From a virus (Duplodnaviria > Caudoviricetes): a stretch of 64,000 bases of DNA. The notes under the pieces were generated by a model. That model searched no databases. It was given only the letters and a program-made list of their open reading frames with translations, and had not been told where the DNA came from. A program made the position numbers and the translations under genes. Positions 1 to 9,459 of the stretch are shown here, one piece after another (position 1 is the first letter of the stretch; the number at the start of each line of letters is the position of its first letter). The stretch covers positions 1 to 64,000 of IMG/VR virus record IMGVR_UViG_3300021164_001199; one strand, 5' to 3'.

Positions 1-2
1 AT

Positions 3-128
3 CACCTTGATAGTTCAACTATGATGGGTAGAAATACATTAGATCTAGTTGAATTCTTAAAGAATCCATTAAATGATCATATTCTTTTAGATATTACTAA
101 AAAAGTTGAAAAGTATTGGAATTCTTAA
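3..128 (+). CDS. 3' end of a conserved capsid-region protein (crAss-like gene downstream of the major capsid protein), truncated by the window edge
   Basis: Open frame HLDSSTMMGRNTLDLVEFLKNPLNDHILLDITKKVEKYWNS* with TAA at 126-128. Assignment rests on the G..T...V.FLKNP.N pattern and its position upstream of the ring-protein gene. Confidence 0.55.
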   Translation, partial: HLDSSTMMGRNTLDLVEFLKNPLNDHILLDITKKVEKYWNS

Positions 129-157
129 TATATTATATATAAATTAAATCAATAGCT

Positions 158-304
158 ATGAAAAAAGTTACAACTGCAAAACCTAAAATGAAAAAAGGTG
201 GATCATTTCCAGATTTGAATAAAGATGGAAAAGTTACAAAAGCAGATATTTTAAAAGGTCGTGGTGTATTTAAAAAAGGTGGAACTACTAAAAGTAAATA
301 CTAA
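158..304 (+). CDS. Small basic protein (48 aa) with an EF-hand/dockerin-like loop
   Basis: Not in the ORF track. Translates to MKKVTTAKPKMKKGGSFPDLNKDGKVTKADILKGRGVFKKGGTTKSKY*. Has a DxNxDGxVxxxD loop and two KKGG motifs, and is coupled to the next gene by a TAATG overlap. Confidence 0.75.
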   Translation: MKKVTTAKPKMKKGGSFPDLNKDGKVTKADILKGRGVFKKGGTTKSKY

Positions 305-468
305 TGGCTACTAAGAAACACCCAGGATTTAAAGCAGTACAGAATAAAATTGCTAAAGAACAAGGTATATCAAAAGAATCTGCTGGAGCAATCTTAGCAA
401 GTTCTAGTAGAAATGCTTCTCCTAAAGCTAAAGCTAAAAATCCTAAACTTAAAAAAGTAAAAGGATAA
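304..468 (+). CDS. Small basic protein (54 aa)
   Basis: Not in the ORF track. Translates to MATKKHPGFKAVQNKIAKEQGISKESAGAILASSSRNASPKAKAKNPKLKKVKG*. TAATG overlaps at both ends. Confidence 0.75.
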   Translation: MATKKHPGFKAVQNKIAKEQGISKESAGAILASSSRNASPKAKAKNPKLKKVKG

Positions 469-617
469 TGGCTAAGGAAATGATTAAAAGAAAAGATGGA
501 AGTTATTCCCAGAGAGGTCTCTGGGATAACATCCGTGATAATAAGGGTTCTGGTAAAAAACCTTCTAAGAAAATGTTAGAAGAAGGGGATAAGATAAAAT
601 CTAAATCTAAGAAATAA
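468..617 (+). CDS. Small basic protein (49 aa)
   Basis: Not in the ORF track. Translates to MAKEMIKRKDGSYSQRGLWDNIRDNKGSGKKPSKKMLEEGDKIKSKSKK*. TAATG overlaps at both ends. Confidence 0.75.
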   Translation: MAKEMIKRKDGSYSQRGLWDNIRDNKGSGKKPSKKMLEEGDKIKSKSKK

Positions 618-859
618 TGGCAAAGACAGCTGCTTGGCAAAGAAAAAAAGGTAAGAATCCAGAAGGTGGATTAAATGAAGTAGGACGTAAATCTTATGAA
701 AAAGAAAACCCTGGTTCAGATTTAAAAGCTCCTCAACCTGAAGGAGGATCTAGAAAAGATTCTTTTTGTGCTAGAATGAAAGGTGTAAAAGGTCCAATGA
801 AAAAACCTGATGGAAAACCAACAAGAAAAGCATTAGCTTTAAAAAAATGGAAGTGCTAA
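617..859 (+). CDS. Small basic phage protein, DUF6321-like (80 aa)
   Basis: The AWQRKxGKNPEGGLN...RKxSFCARM...ALKKWKC pattern resembles a widespread small phage family. The family name is from memory and was not searched. Confidence 0.7.
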   Translation: MAKTAAWQRKKGKNPEGGLNEVGRKSYEKENPGSDLKAPQPEGGSRKDSFCARMKGVKGPMKKPDGKPTRKALALKKWKC

Positions 860-1283
860 CTAAAATATGTACAAAATGCAAAGTAGATAAACCATTATCT
901 GCTGAGTATTTTCCTTTACATAATAAAACTAAATCTGGTTTTGATAGTTGGTGCAAATCTTGTAGAGCTACTTATAGAAGTGAAACAAGAAGAGGACATT
1001 ATAGAAATATGATATCTGATAAAGCTTTAAAAACTATATTAGAAGAAGTTACTGAATGTACAATATGTGGAGCAAAAGAAAATTTGGTTGTAGACCATGA
1101 TCATAAAACTAATAAAATTAGAGGTCTTTTATGCAACCATTGCAATAGAGGTCTTGGTCATTTTAGAGATGATCCAGAACTTTTAGAATTTGCTAAAATT
1201 TATTTACTTGCACAATCTGAAATAAAAGCAGATATTACTAAGTATAATGATTATATAAATCACTTAAAAAGTGGAAATGTTAA
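839..1283 (+). mobile_element. Free-standing homing endonuclease insertion bounded by two copies of the host gene's 3' end
   Basis: 839-859 TTAAAAAAATGGAAGTGCTAA and 1263-1283 CTTAAAAAGTGGAAATGTTAA both encode LKKWKC*. Confidence 0.7.
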
Positions 1284-1575
1284 CTATAAATATAAACAAT
1301 TAATAACTAAAACAATGGCTAAGAAAGTAATTAAAAAAATGCAACAAGGTGGTGCAGCTCCTGCAAAAAAACAAGCTTCTATGAAAGAAGCTCTTGGAGG
1401 TTCTAGTAAAAATTATATGGGAGGGAAACCTTTAACACCACCATCAAAATCAACTTCTGATTCTACATCAAAAAAATCATCTAAACCAGCACCAGCAGGT
1501 ATGAAAGACTATTCTGAAATGGATAGAACAAAACTATATAAAAAAGGTGGTCCTGTTAAAAAAGGTAAATGCTAA
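847..1575 (+). CDS. Endonuclease VII-type (His-Me finger) homing endonuclease with no stop codon of its own; it reads in frame into the small basic gene starting at 1315
   Basis: N-terminal CxxC..CxxC zinc ribbon (CTKC, CKSC), then CTIC...VDHDH...IRGLLCNHCNRGLGHFRDD, the canonical endonuclease VII motif. After about aa 156 the composition changes abruptly to a Lys/Gly-rich sequence beginning MAKKVIKK. Confidence 0.85.
   Translation: MEVLTKICTKCKVDKPLSAEYFPLHNKTKSGFDSWCKSCRATYRSETRRGHYRNMISDKALKTILEEVTECTICGAKENLVVDHDHKTNKIRGLLCNHCNRGLGHFRDDPELLEFAKIYLLAQSEIKADITKYNDYINHLKSGNVNYKYKQLITKTMAKKVIKKMQQGGAAPAKKQASMKEALGGSSKNYMGGKPLTPPSKSTSDSTSKKSSKPAPAGMKDYSEMDRTKLYKKGGPVKKGKC
1315..1575 (+). CDS. 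Small basic protein (86 aa), probably independently initiated
   Basis: ATG preceded by an A-rich leader (taataactaaaacaATG). The product MAKKVIKKMQQGG...YKKGGPVKKGKC has the same composition and GG motifs as its neighbours. Confidence 0.65.
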   Translation: MAKKVIKKMQQGGAAPAKKQASMKEALGGSSKNYMGGKPLTPPSKSTSDSTSKKSSKPAPAGMKDYSEMDRTKLYKKGGPVKKGKC

Positions 1576-1576
1576 T

Positions 1577-1765
1577 ATGATGAAAAAGAATTGTAAAGGT
1601 GGTGTTAAAGTTGGTTTGAATGGTAATGTTGCTGTTCAAACCAAACCAGGTTCTAAAGGTGTAGGGCCCACTAAAACTGAGAAAGCTACAGTTCAAAAAA
1701 CTCCAGGATCAAAAGGAGTTGGTAAATCTAAAACAGCTAAGGCCGTAGTAAGCCCTAAAAAATAA
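1577..1765 (+). CDS. Small basic protein (62 aa) with an internal repeat
   Basis: ATG lies 1 nt after the upstream TAA, so it is preferred over the ORF track start at 1547. Contains the repeat VQTKPGSKGVG / VQKTPGSKGVG. Confidence 0.65.
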   Translation: MMKKNCKGGVKVGLNGNVAVQTKPGSKGVGPTKTEKATVQKTPGSKGVGKSKTAKAVVSPKK

Positions 1766-1770
1766 TATAA

Positions 1771-2475
1771 ATGAATGTATCAACTATACAGATTAAAGTC
1801 AAAGAAAGGCTGAACAAGCTATCTTCTAATGATTATGACAATATTGAATGTTGGCAAATTATAGAAGCTTTTAATAAAGCTCAACTACAATGGGTGCGTA
1901 GACAACTTCATGGTTTTAATCAATTTAAAGAAGGTGATGAACAATCTAAACGTAGAGTTGATGATTTACAAATATTATTAACAGACTTTCCTTTAGTTCT
2001 AACTGATAGACAATTGTTTTATGAATCAACAATTTGGCCTACAGATTATTTAGAATATAAAAAGGTAACTGCTTATGCTATTAATGATTGTTGTCCTGAT
2101 CCTAGAAGATTAATGCTTTATTTAACTGAGGAAGCAAATGTTGATCTGCATTTAACTGATGTTAATAGAATGCCTAGTTTTGAATGGGGAGAAACATTTA
2201 ATACATTAGTTGGTAATAAAATTAGAATTTATACTGATAGTAAATTTGAGATCCAAAAAGCATCTTTAATGTATTACAGAAAACCAATATTTATTGAGAT
2301 AGCTAATTGTGTTAATCCATATTCAGGAGCAACTTCTGCAAATGATGTAAATCCTGAATTTAAAGATGATATAGTTGAGTTATTAATTGATGAATCAGTT
2401 GGAATTATTGCTGGTGATATAGAATCTATGAATCAATATCAAAGATCTCAACAAGAAGTAGAAAAAAATAATTAA
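1771..2475 (+). CDS. Putative tail ring / head-tail adaptor protein (crAss-like)
   Basis: 234 aa with an IIEAFNKAQ...EQSKRRVDDLQ.L...YYRKP pattern, in the position expected for crAss-like ring proteins. Confidence 0.65.
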   Translation: MNVSTIQIKVKERLNKLSSNDYDNIECWQIIEAFNKAQLQWVRRQLHGFNQFKEGDEQSKRRVDDLQILLTDFPLVLTDRQLFYESTIWPTDYLEYKKVTAYAINDCCPDPRRLMLYLTEEANVDLHLTDVNRMPSFEWGETFNTLVGNKIRIYTDSKFEIQKASLMYYRKPIFIEIANCVNPYSGATSANDVNPEFKDDIVELLIDESVGIIAGDIESMNQYQRSQQEVEKNN

Positions 2476-2548
2476 TCTTGGGATAAATTTGGAAATAACA
2501 AAAAAAAGAATTAATATATATTATTAACTAACTTAAATTTTTATAAAA

Positions 2549-3931
2549 ATGGCTTATTTTAATCACGCTTTCCAGAAAGTATTTATTGGTACTGCTGGAA
2601 TTAATCAATCAGGCTCAACAAATGCCTTAACAACATTGCAGTATGGTTTATACAATGCAAAAACATTTGCAAACTATACAACAGGTACAACTGCACCATT
2701 TTTCCTTGCATCAGGTTCTATCTATGCAAATGATAAAATTGGTCCTTATCATGGAGGCTACAAAGAATCTAACAAATCTAAGGAGATCAATCCTAAGTAC
2801 ATTAATGCATTTTACAAAGTAGTAGATAAAGTGTCTACTCAATCTGTAACAATTATTGGTAAAACTGATTCTTCTGCAACATCAAGTTGCGTATGTCCAG
2901 AATTTGCTTGTGGACAAACTTATAGATTACGTTTAGATATTAAAGGTTCTCCTGCTTTACGTTTCTTAAATCACCAATTGTATAGTACTGTTGATGCTTA
3001 CACAGGATGTTGTGCAAATCCTGCATCTCCTGCTAATGTAGATCCAGTTACTGTATTTGTACAATGGGCTTTGCAAATTGCAAACAACCCTTTCCTTTCT
3101 CAATTTGTTGCTCCTCTTGTTAGATATACACTTGATATTACTGCAGGTTCTCCAACTTGGGTAACTTTAGATTCAGTTGCAGAACTTGAAGCTTATGTAG
3201 CTGCAACAACTGGAATTGATGATATATGTGTAGGTTTACAATTAACTGGTGCTTATGTTGATACAGTATTTGGAGATTGTTCTTTCAGTCCAATGGATCA
3301 TTTTGAAAAAGAACCAATCCAAATTTTTGCATCATTTGTAGATGATACTGGAGATCCTTGTCAATATCAATCTGTATGTGTTACACGTCCAGTTTTAGGT
3401 AAACAAGGTGAAGGATATGGTGAAACAGTAATCCGTGATTTGATTCTTTCTGAATCTTATTCTCAAAATTACTTTAATGATGATCCAAGAATTCGTGAGA
3501 TAACTCAAGGTAATTCTATTTACTCAGCAGTAGATCGTGCAGCTAAATATACAGCATACTATTTACTTCATAGTGTTCCTAGATTTAACAATCCTTCTGG
3601 AACATTTGATAATGATCAATACTTGTTAAAATTAGTTGTACCTGGTTCAATATTTACTACTGCTACTGCAAATAATGCTGGAGATGCTACAATTCTTGTA
3701 GGAAGTCTTACAGGAATTGTTGCTGGTATGAGATTATATGTAAATGGAGTATTATCAGCTAATACTGTAGTATCTACTACTGGTCCTGCAACTGTAACCA
3801 TGAGTGGTAACCAAGCTGTAACATCTGGTGATGTTTTAGAATTCAAATTAGCTTCATCTTATGCTTTTGAAACAATAATTTTAGCATCTTTAGCAGCTGC
3901 TAATAATCCTGTTACATTAGAAAATTTCTAA
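2549..3931 (+). CDS. Abundant structural protein, probably an auxiliary capsid protein
   Basis: 460 aa, beta-rich and Ala/Thr/Gly-rich. It has its own AT-rich leader and a downstream terminator. Synteny matches crAss-like capsid modules. Confidence 0.55.
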   Translation: MAYFNHAFQKVFIGTAGINQSGSTNALTTLQYGLYNAKTFANYTTGTTAPFFLASGSIYANDKIGPYHGGYKESNKSKEINPKYINAFYKVVDKVSTQSVTIIGKTDSSATSSCVCPEFACGQTYRLRLDIKGSPALRFLNHQLYSTVDAYTGCCANPASPANVDPVTVFVQWALQIANNPFLSQFVAPLVRYTLDITAGSPTWVTLDSVAELEAYVAATTGIDDICVGLQLTGAYVDTVFGDCSFSPMDHFEKEPIQIFASFVDDTGDPCQYQSVCVTRPVLGKQGEGYGETVIRDLILSESYSQNYFNDDPRIREITQGNSIYSAVDRAAKYTAYYLLHSVPRFNNPSGTFDNDQYLLKLVVPGSIFTTATANNAGDATILVGSLTGIVAGMRLYVNGVLSANTVVSTTGPATVTMSGNQAVTSGDVLEFKLASSYAFETIILASLAAANNPVTLENF

Positions 3932-3953
3932 GTGCTACCTTAGACTAAACATT

Positions 3954-3986
3954 AGAGGGAGGAAAATTTTCCTCCCTTTTTTGTTT
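3954..3986 (+). terminator. Rho-independent terminator
   Basis: AGGGAGGAAA-AT-TTTCCTCCCT stem followed by TTTTTGTTTT. Confidence 0.85.
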
Positions 3987-4027
3987 TATACAATTTTATT
4001 TGTAAATTATCTATATACATACAATCA

Positions 4028-4573
4028 ATGGAACAACATAATCTAGCTTTAAATATTCCTGATATACTTAATACTTGTGTTATTAAGATAGAAGATGTAA
4101 GTGATTATAGTGACTTACTAGAAGTATCTTGTCCATTATTGCAAATAACTCCTCCAGGATTTACATTTGCTGTACATTTTCATGATTTACCAAATCTGTT
4201 TACAAGAATATATAATGCTGCAGATTTAGGATTAGGTAGTGCTGGAGATCAATTACCTGATGGAGTTTATGTTATTAGATACAGTGTAGCACCACAAGAT
4301 GCATTAGGAAATAATAAAGTATTTATTGAATATAATTATTTGAGAACTGCAGTAATAATGGATAGTTATTACAATCTTCTTTGTACTTTAGAGTTGACTA
4401 CTTGTGAACCAGATATTGATATCAAAGAAAAATTAAATGAATTAAGATATATCAGAATGCTAATTGATGGAGCAAAATCTAAAGTAGAATATTGCCATTC
4501 AATTAGAGAAGGTATGGACTTATATAATTACGCTTTAAAACTTTTAAATAGATTAGATTGTCAAACCTGTTAA
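4028..4573 (+). CDS. Putative tail hub / fibre attachment structural protein
   Basis: 181 aa with an LPDGVYVIRYSV beta strand and a C-terminal helical region ending in CQTC. Assigned by synteny. Confidence 0.45.
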   Translation: MEQHNLALNIPDILNTCVIKIEDVSDYSDLLEVSCPLLQITPPGFTFAVHFHDLPNLFTRIYNAADLGLGSAGDQLPDGVYVIRYSVAPQDALGNNKVFIEYNYLRTAVIMDSYYNLLCTLELTTCEPDIDIKEKLNELRYIRMLIDGAKSKVEYCHSIREGMDLYNYALKLLNRLDCQTC

Positions 4574-4583
4574 AACCAATAAC

Positions 4584-4763
4584 ATGAAATGTCCAAATTG
4601 CAATAGAACACTAACTTGTGGATGCCAAAAGGCTAAAGCACAAAATGGTAAAATAGTATGTAACAGTTGTGTTGCATCTTATAATAATGCCTTAAAAGGT
4701 AAGGCAAGAACAAATAACATTACAAATCTTGTAGTAACTGCAAAAAGAATTGATAATTTATGA
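4584..4763 (+). CDS. Small Cys-rich (zinc-finger-like) protein, 59 aa
   Basis: Not in the ORF track. Translates to MKCPNCNRTLTCGCQKAKAQNGKIVCNSCVASYNN...IDNL*. ATGA overlap with the 4760 gene. Confidence 0.7.
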   Translation: MKCPNCNRTLTCGCQKAKAQNGKIVCNSCVASYNNALKGKARTNNITNLVVTAKRIDNL

Positions 4764-5395
4764 TACCATCTAAGAATACCATAAGTACTAATGCTAAGTT
4801 TGCTCAAGAAGTGTATAAAGCATTTCTTAATAGAAAGCATGGAATTGGTTCTTGTTGTGGTGTTGAATTAGATAGATATTATACTAAAAAAGAAAATTGT
4901 GATTTAGCTCATAGAATCCTAGATGGATATTGTATGGCTGAACCTGTTATACCCATAGCCCCAGATTGTCCAGTAGAATGTATTGAAGGATCTTATGCAA
5001 CAGCATATTTTAATTTAATCGGTTTATCTTATCCTATAATAACAGTAGATCCTCCAAGTACATATATTAATATTACTAGTTCTTTATTATCAGTACCATA
5101 TCAATATGAAGTTGACAGAAGTCAAGTTTATTCATTTTCTAGTGCAGATATATCTGTATTTATTCAAGATTTTAATGAAACACTAGTTGATGATCTTATT
5201 CCTTTTACATTATCATTTACTGAAACAATTCCAGGGGCAATGGGTTACGGATTAGTATTGACTTCAAATGACAAAACTAATATCTATAATGATATTACTA
5301 TGAATATTGAATTAACTAATTTAGGATCTGCAGGAGATTACTATGATTTAAATTTTGAATCAACAATAAGTGGTGGAGTTGTTTCTACCTGTTAA
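4760..5395 (+). CDS. Putative tail structural protein
   Basis: 211 aa with a Cys-containing N-terminal helix (GIGSCC) and a beta-rich acidic C-terminus. Lies in the tail gene cluster. Confidence 0.45.
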   Translation: MIPSKNTISTNAKFAQEVYKAFLNRKHGIGSCCGVELDRYYTKKENCDLAHRILDGYCMAEPVIPIAPDCPVECIEGSYATAYFNLIGLSYPIITVDPPSTYINITSSLLSVPYQYEVDRSQVYSFSSADISVFIQDFNETLVDDLIPFTLSFTETIPGAMGYGLVLTSNDKTNIYNDITMNIELTNLGSAGDYYDLNFESTISGGVVSTC

Positions 5396-5427
5396 AAATT
5401 TTGTATATTATAATATATCTATAAAGC

Positions 5428-6954
5428 ATGTTACCAACTAAATCAAATCATACAAAAGATGGATGTGTTACAACATCCTCTAATTGCGTTATATGGCAAG
5501 GTCCAGATCTTGGTTGTATTCATTTATGTACTGGTGATACTGTTAGTGATGTAATAGCTAAACTTGCTACAGATCTATGTGATATATTAGATCAAACATC
5601 AATTACTAGTTTTGACATTGCTTGTTTAGGTGCTGCACCTGCACCAACTAATTTTAATGCTTTAGTTCAATTAATTATTGATAGAATTTGTGCATTAGAA
5701 GAAGGAACAGGTGGTGGAGGTGGAGGTATTATTGTACCAGGTGGTTGTCCAGATTGTCCTGTAGCTTTACCAGAATGTTTACAATATACTAATCCAGCTA
5801 CGGGAAGTCTTGTTACTCAACTTAATTTAAATCAGTATGCTGCTTTTTTAGCTGGAGAAATATGTAAAATAATTGCAGATATTGATACACTTCAAGAAAC
5901 TGTATTACAAAATAGTACTGATATAACAAATTTAGAAGATAGAGTAACTGTATTAGAAGTTGATGCTGAAAGAGATTTAGTATTACCTAATGTTAATATT
6001 AGTTGTATAACAGGAGTTACTCAAACTCCTTTAAATACAGCTGTTGTACGTATAGCTGATGAACTTTGTGGATTAGAAAATATATTAGGTAATAATTCAG
6101 ATTTAGCTGCTTCTATATTAACACAGTGTAATGGCTTAAACACATCACCAGTATTATCTGGAACTGGTTTAATGAATAATATACCAGGATGGGTACCAAC
6201 AGTACAAAATGTTGCAGAGTCTATAAATAATTTATGGTTAACAATCTGTGATATGAGAAGTGCTATTCAAACAATTCAATTGAATTGCTGTCCAACACTT
6301 TGCTCAACAATTAATGTGGCACTTACAATAACAGTAGATACTCAAATAAACTTTGCATTTACTGGTACAATTCCTACAGAATTTTTTGAATGCAATCCTT
6401 TAGGTACATCTTTTACAATTGTAGGAGATGGTTATAGTGGAGTAGTACCTCCATTCTTAGTTAAACCTAGAATTGGTGGAACTTATAGTATTAATATTCC
6501 ACCAGGATTAAACGTAAATGCTGACTTTAGTGTTACTGCTAACTTATGTTTACAAAATAGTGAAGGAAGTGAATGTCAATCTGTATTAGCATATAACTAT
6601 ACTTCTATAATTAGTTGTCCTACCGTGACTATAGTACCATCTGTTACTTCACTTGTTTGGTCATTCTTAAATGCTACATCAGCACCTATTTATTATAAAG
6701 CTGAATTATTTAATTCTGCGGGTACTACAGTAGTAAGTAGTACTACAATATCAAATCCTGCAATAGGAACAGTAACTCAAACTATATCTGGTTTATCAGC
6801 AAGTACTAGTTATAAATTAAGAATAAGCTATAGTATTGATAATAGAACATTTACACAATGTCCATTTAGTTCTATAGTTACATTAAGTCCAGGATGTACA
6901 GAAATTGAAACTGAATCAATTACAACTGAAATAACATTTACACCAAATACATAA
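5428..6954 (+). CDS. Tail fibre/spike-like protein with Cys-rich repeats, coiled coil and C-terminal FN3-like domain
   Basis: SSNCVIWQGPDLGCI N-terminal motif, heptad segment (IADIDTLQETV...LEDRVTVLE), and an ISGLSASTSYKLRI FN3-type strand. Confidence 0.6.
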   Translation: MLPTKSNHTKDGCVTTSSNCVIWQGPDLGCIHLCTGDTVSDVIAKLATDLCDILDQTSITSFDIACLGAAPAPTNFNALVQLIIDRICALEEGTGGGGGGIIVPGGCPDCPVALPECLQYTNPATGSLVTQLNLNQYAAFLAGEICKIIADIDTLQETVLQNSTDITNLEDRVTVLEVDAERDLVLPNVNISCITGVTQTPLNTAVVRIADELCGLENILGNNSDLAASILTQCNGLNTSPVLSGTGLMNNIPGWVPTVQNVAESINNLWLTICDMRSAIQTIQLNCCPTLCSTINVALTITVDTQINFAFTGTIPTEFFECNPLGTSFTIVGDGYSGVVPPFLVKPRIGGTYSINIPPGLNVNADFSVTANLCLQNSEGSECQSVLAYNYTSIISCPTVTIVPSVTSLVWSFLNATSAPIYYKAELFNSAGTTVVSSTTISNPAIGTVTQTISGLSASTSYKLRISYSIDNRTFTQCPFSSIVTLSPGCTEIETESITTEITFTPNT

Positions 6955-6960
6955 TAAGAT

Positions 6961-8367
6961 ATGAGCTGTGATCACTCTCAACCATGTGGTTGTAATCAAG
7001 ACGAACTAACAACACTTCCAGATCCATGTGATACTACACCTTGTATAGATGGTGAACCATGTGAACAGGTTATTGATTGTAATTGTGTTAGATATAACGG
7101 AGCTCCTATTCCTCAATTAAATGTTGAAACAGGAGAATCATTATGTAATATTATTAGTGAACTAGCAGCACTGGGTGGAATACCTGGTGAAGAGGGTCTA
7201 AGTGCATATCAGATTTGGCTTGATGAAGGTAATACAGGAGATGAACAAGATTTTCTTGATTCATTAATTGGTGATCCAGGAACTACTGGAGCAAATGGAA
7301 TAAAAGGAAGAGCAGGATTAGCAGGATATATTCCACAAGATGATACAGGTTGGGTTGATTTATTGGGATTTGATCATTATGTTTCTTCTGTAGGTTCTGT
7401 AGTTTTAACCAAACCACAAGCAAGAAGAATAGGAAGAAATGTATATTTAAAAGGTTTAGCTGTTATACCATTATCAAGTAATGCTGGTACAACAATGATA
7501 AGAATAGCATCTTCTGTAGCTACTAATATAAATAAAATTTATGAAAATGAACCTTACTGTCAAGTATATACTGGAACAGGTGGTGTTACAACAATTCCTG
7601 GTGGTGCTTTAAGATTTAATAAAGAATCATCAATAATACCAAGTTCTGTTTTAAATGTTACTGCAGATTCAACTTTTGTAAAGTATAACACAATTGTAAA
7701 TAGAAGAATAAGAAATACTGCTGATGTATCATTAAATTTAACAAGTGTATTTACAATATCATTATCTTCTGCTGGTGTTTTAACAATTGCAACACCAAAA
7801 GATGTTGAAGAAAATTTACCTACAAATGATTATGGTTTAGGTTCTAACTTATTAAGATTATTAACCTCAAATGTTGCAAAAGATAATTTTGCTACTGACT
7901 TAAGAAATTTAAGTTTTGATGATATACCTACTGCAGCAAATACAAGTATAGTTGTACCACCTGATTCAGGTTCTGCTGAATTTCCATTTGCTGTTGATGC
8001 TAGTAATGAAGAATCAGTAGGTGGTTTTTTCTTTTCATTAGATGGGTTTATGCTTACTTTACCAAAAGTAACACCAGCAACTTTTTCAGGTACTCCTGCA
8101 GCTGGTTCAATTACATCAAGTCAAGCAAATATAACAGCTACAATTTTAGCAGCAGGTGGAGGAACTTTATATTATGTTGGTGTATGTTATAGTACAGTTA
8201 CTAATCCAACAGTTAATGATGATTACTTTTTAACAACTGCTGCTGTAGGTGCTATGAGTGTTACTATAACAGGATTACAAGCAACAACATTATATTACTT
8301 TAGAGTTTTTGCAGTAAATGAAAATGGAATAACCTATTCCACACAAAACACTTTTACAACTTTATAA
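6961..8367 (+). CDS. Tail fibre-like protein with a short collagen-like segment and C-terminal FN3 domain
   Basis: Cys-rich N-terminus (CVRYNG, similar to the 5428 gene), the collagen-associated GLSAYQIWLDEGNTGDEQDFLDSL motif, Gly-X-Y triplets, and an ITGLQATTLYYFRVFAVNENG FN3 signature. Confidence 0.65.
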   Translation: MSCDHSQPCGCNQDELTTLPDPCDTTPCIDGEPCEQVIDCNCVRYNGAPIPQLNVETGESLCNIISELAALGGIPGEEGLSAYQIWLDEGNTGDEQDFLDSLIGDPGTTGANGIKGRAGLAGYIPQDDTGWVDLLGFDHYVSSVGSVVLTKPQARRIGRNVYLKGLAVIPLSSNAGTTMIRIASSVATNINKIYENEPYCQVYTGTGGVTTIPGGALRFNKESSIIPSSVLNVTADSTFVKYNTIVNRRIRNTADVSLNLTSVFTISLSSAGVLTIATPKDVEENLPTNDYGLGSNLLRLLTSNVAKDNFATDLRNLSFDDIPTAANTSIVVPPDSGSAEFPFAVDASNEESVGGFFFSLDGFMLTLPKVTPATFSGTPAAGSITSSQANITATILAAGGGTLYYVGVCYSTVTNPTVNDDYFLTTAAVGAMSVTITGLQATTLYYFRVFAVNENGITYSTQNTFTTL

Positions 8368-8370
8368 ACC

Positions 8371-9423
8371 ATGATAGTAGAATTAAATTTAAATTGGACA
8401 TATCCTACAACACCAACTTCACCATATCCAGTAACAATTTACTGGAAACGTGTTGATTTAACAAGTTATAGTACTTTTAATATATCTGATGGATCAACAG
8501 GAACAGCTAGTATTACTACAGTTCTTACTTATACAGATTATATTACTACAGATTGTAATTTAGAATATGAAGGATATATTATACCAAATTGTTTTATAGG
8601 TTCATTAACAGATTGTGATCCTGATGGTCCTTCATGTCCATCTTCTAATAGAGTTTATTGGACTGCAACTGTAGATGCTACTGAACATCAAGCATGTAGA
8701 TCAATATCAGCAACCTGTGATGAAGGTGGAGTAATAGGTTTAAATATTGATCCAGCAACATTAAGTGCTCAAACATATGCATCAGAACCAACTTTAAGTA
8801 TTACTGGTGGTGATGGTGCTGGTTTCACAGCAACACTAACTTATGATTCTGGAACTAAAAAAGTAACAGGATTTACAATTACTGATCCAGGTTCTGGATA
8901 TACAACATTACCAACTGTAGAAATTTCACCATCTGATACATCTGTTACATTAGAATTAGATGTTGTAGTAGGTTGTGATACTTTTGAATATACTTGTTGT
9001 GCTAATGGTGACTCTTATATTGGATTTGTTAATGTTGGAGAATCTGTACAATTTTGTGTAGAGCCTAGTGAAACTGCATTGGATCCTTTTGAACCAGGTG
9101 TTGCTAATACAATTGGTGATTATTCATTTATTGTGGAAGGATGCTGTACAGGAGGTTCAGGAACAACTAGATACCAATTAACATTTACTAGTCCTAACAG
9201 TACATTATATCCATTTTTAGATGTTTATTATTCTGAACCAGGTGGTAAAGCTTGTGTAGAAGGAATAAGATTACTTAATGGAATTTCTGCAACTGTATGT
9301 GCTATTACAGGTACATTAACTGCAGCAAGTGCTAGTGTTGCTGTTCCATCTTCAGATTTAGGAGATAACACATGGTTGTTTTCAAATTATTTAACAGCAA
9401 CTGTTGTATCATCTCCTTGTTAA
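8371..9423 (+). CDS. Cys-rich virion structural (tail appendage) protein
   Basis: Has a GGDGAGFTATL...VTGFTITDPGSGYTTLPTVEIS motif of the kind seen in phage tail/baseplate proteins. Thr/Ser/Gly/Cys-rich. Confidence 0.55.
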   Translation: MIVELNLNWTYPTTPTSPYPVTIYWKRVDLTSYSTFNISDGSTGTASITTVLTYTDYITTDCNLEYEGYIIPNCFIGSLTDCDPDGPSCPSSNRVYWTATVDATEHQACRSISATCDEGGVIGLNIDPATLSAQTYASEPTLSITGGDGAGFTATLTYDSGTKKVTGFTITDPGSGYTTLPTVEISPSDTSVTLELDVVVGCDTFEYTCCANGDSYIGFVNVGESVQFCVEPSETALDPFEPGVANTIGDYSFIVEGCCTGGSGTTRYQLTFTSPNSTLYPFLDVYYSEPGGKACVEGIRLLNGISATVCAITGTLTAASASVAVPSSDLGDNTWLFSNYLTATVVSSPC

Positions 9424-9459
9424 TTAAGATTGCGTTTTGTTGGTTTTTCGTAGTCTATG

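Noticed and set aside
839-1283. Group I intron around the endonuclease
   Set aside because: The interval is almost entirely coding, with no room for a ribozyme core, and the upstream gene is already complete with its own stop.
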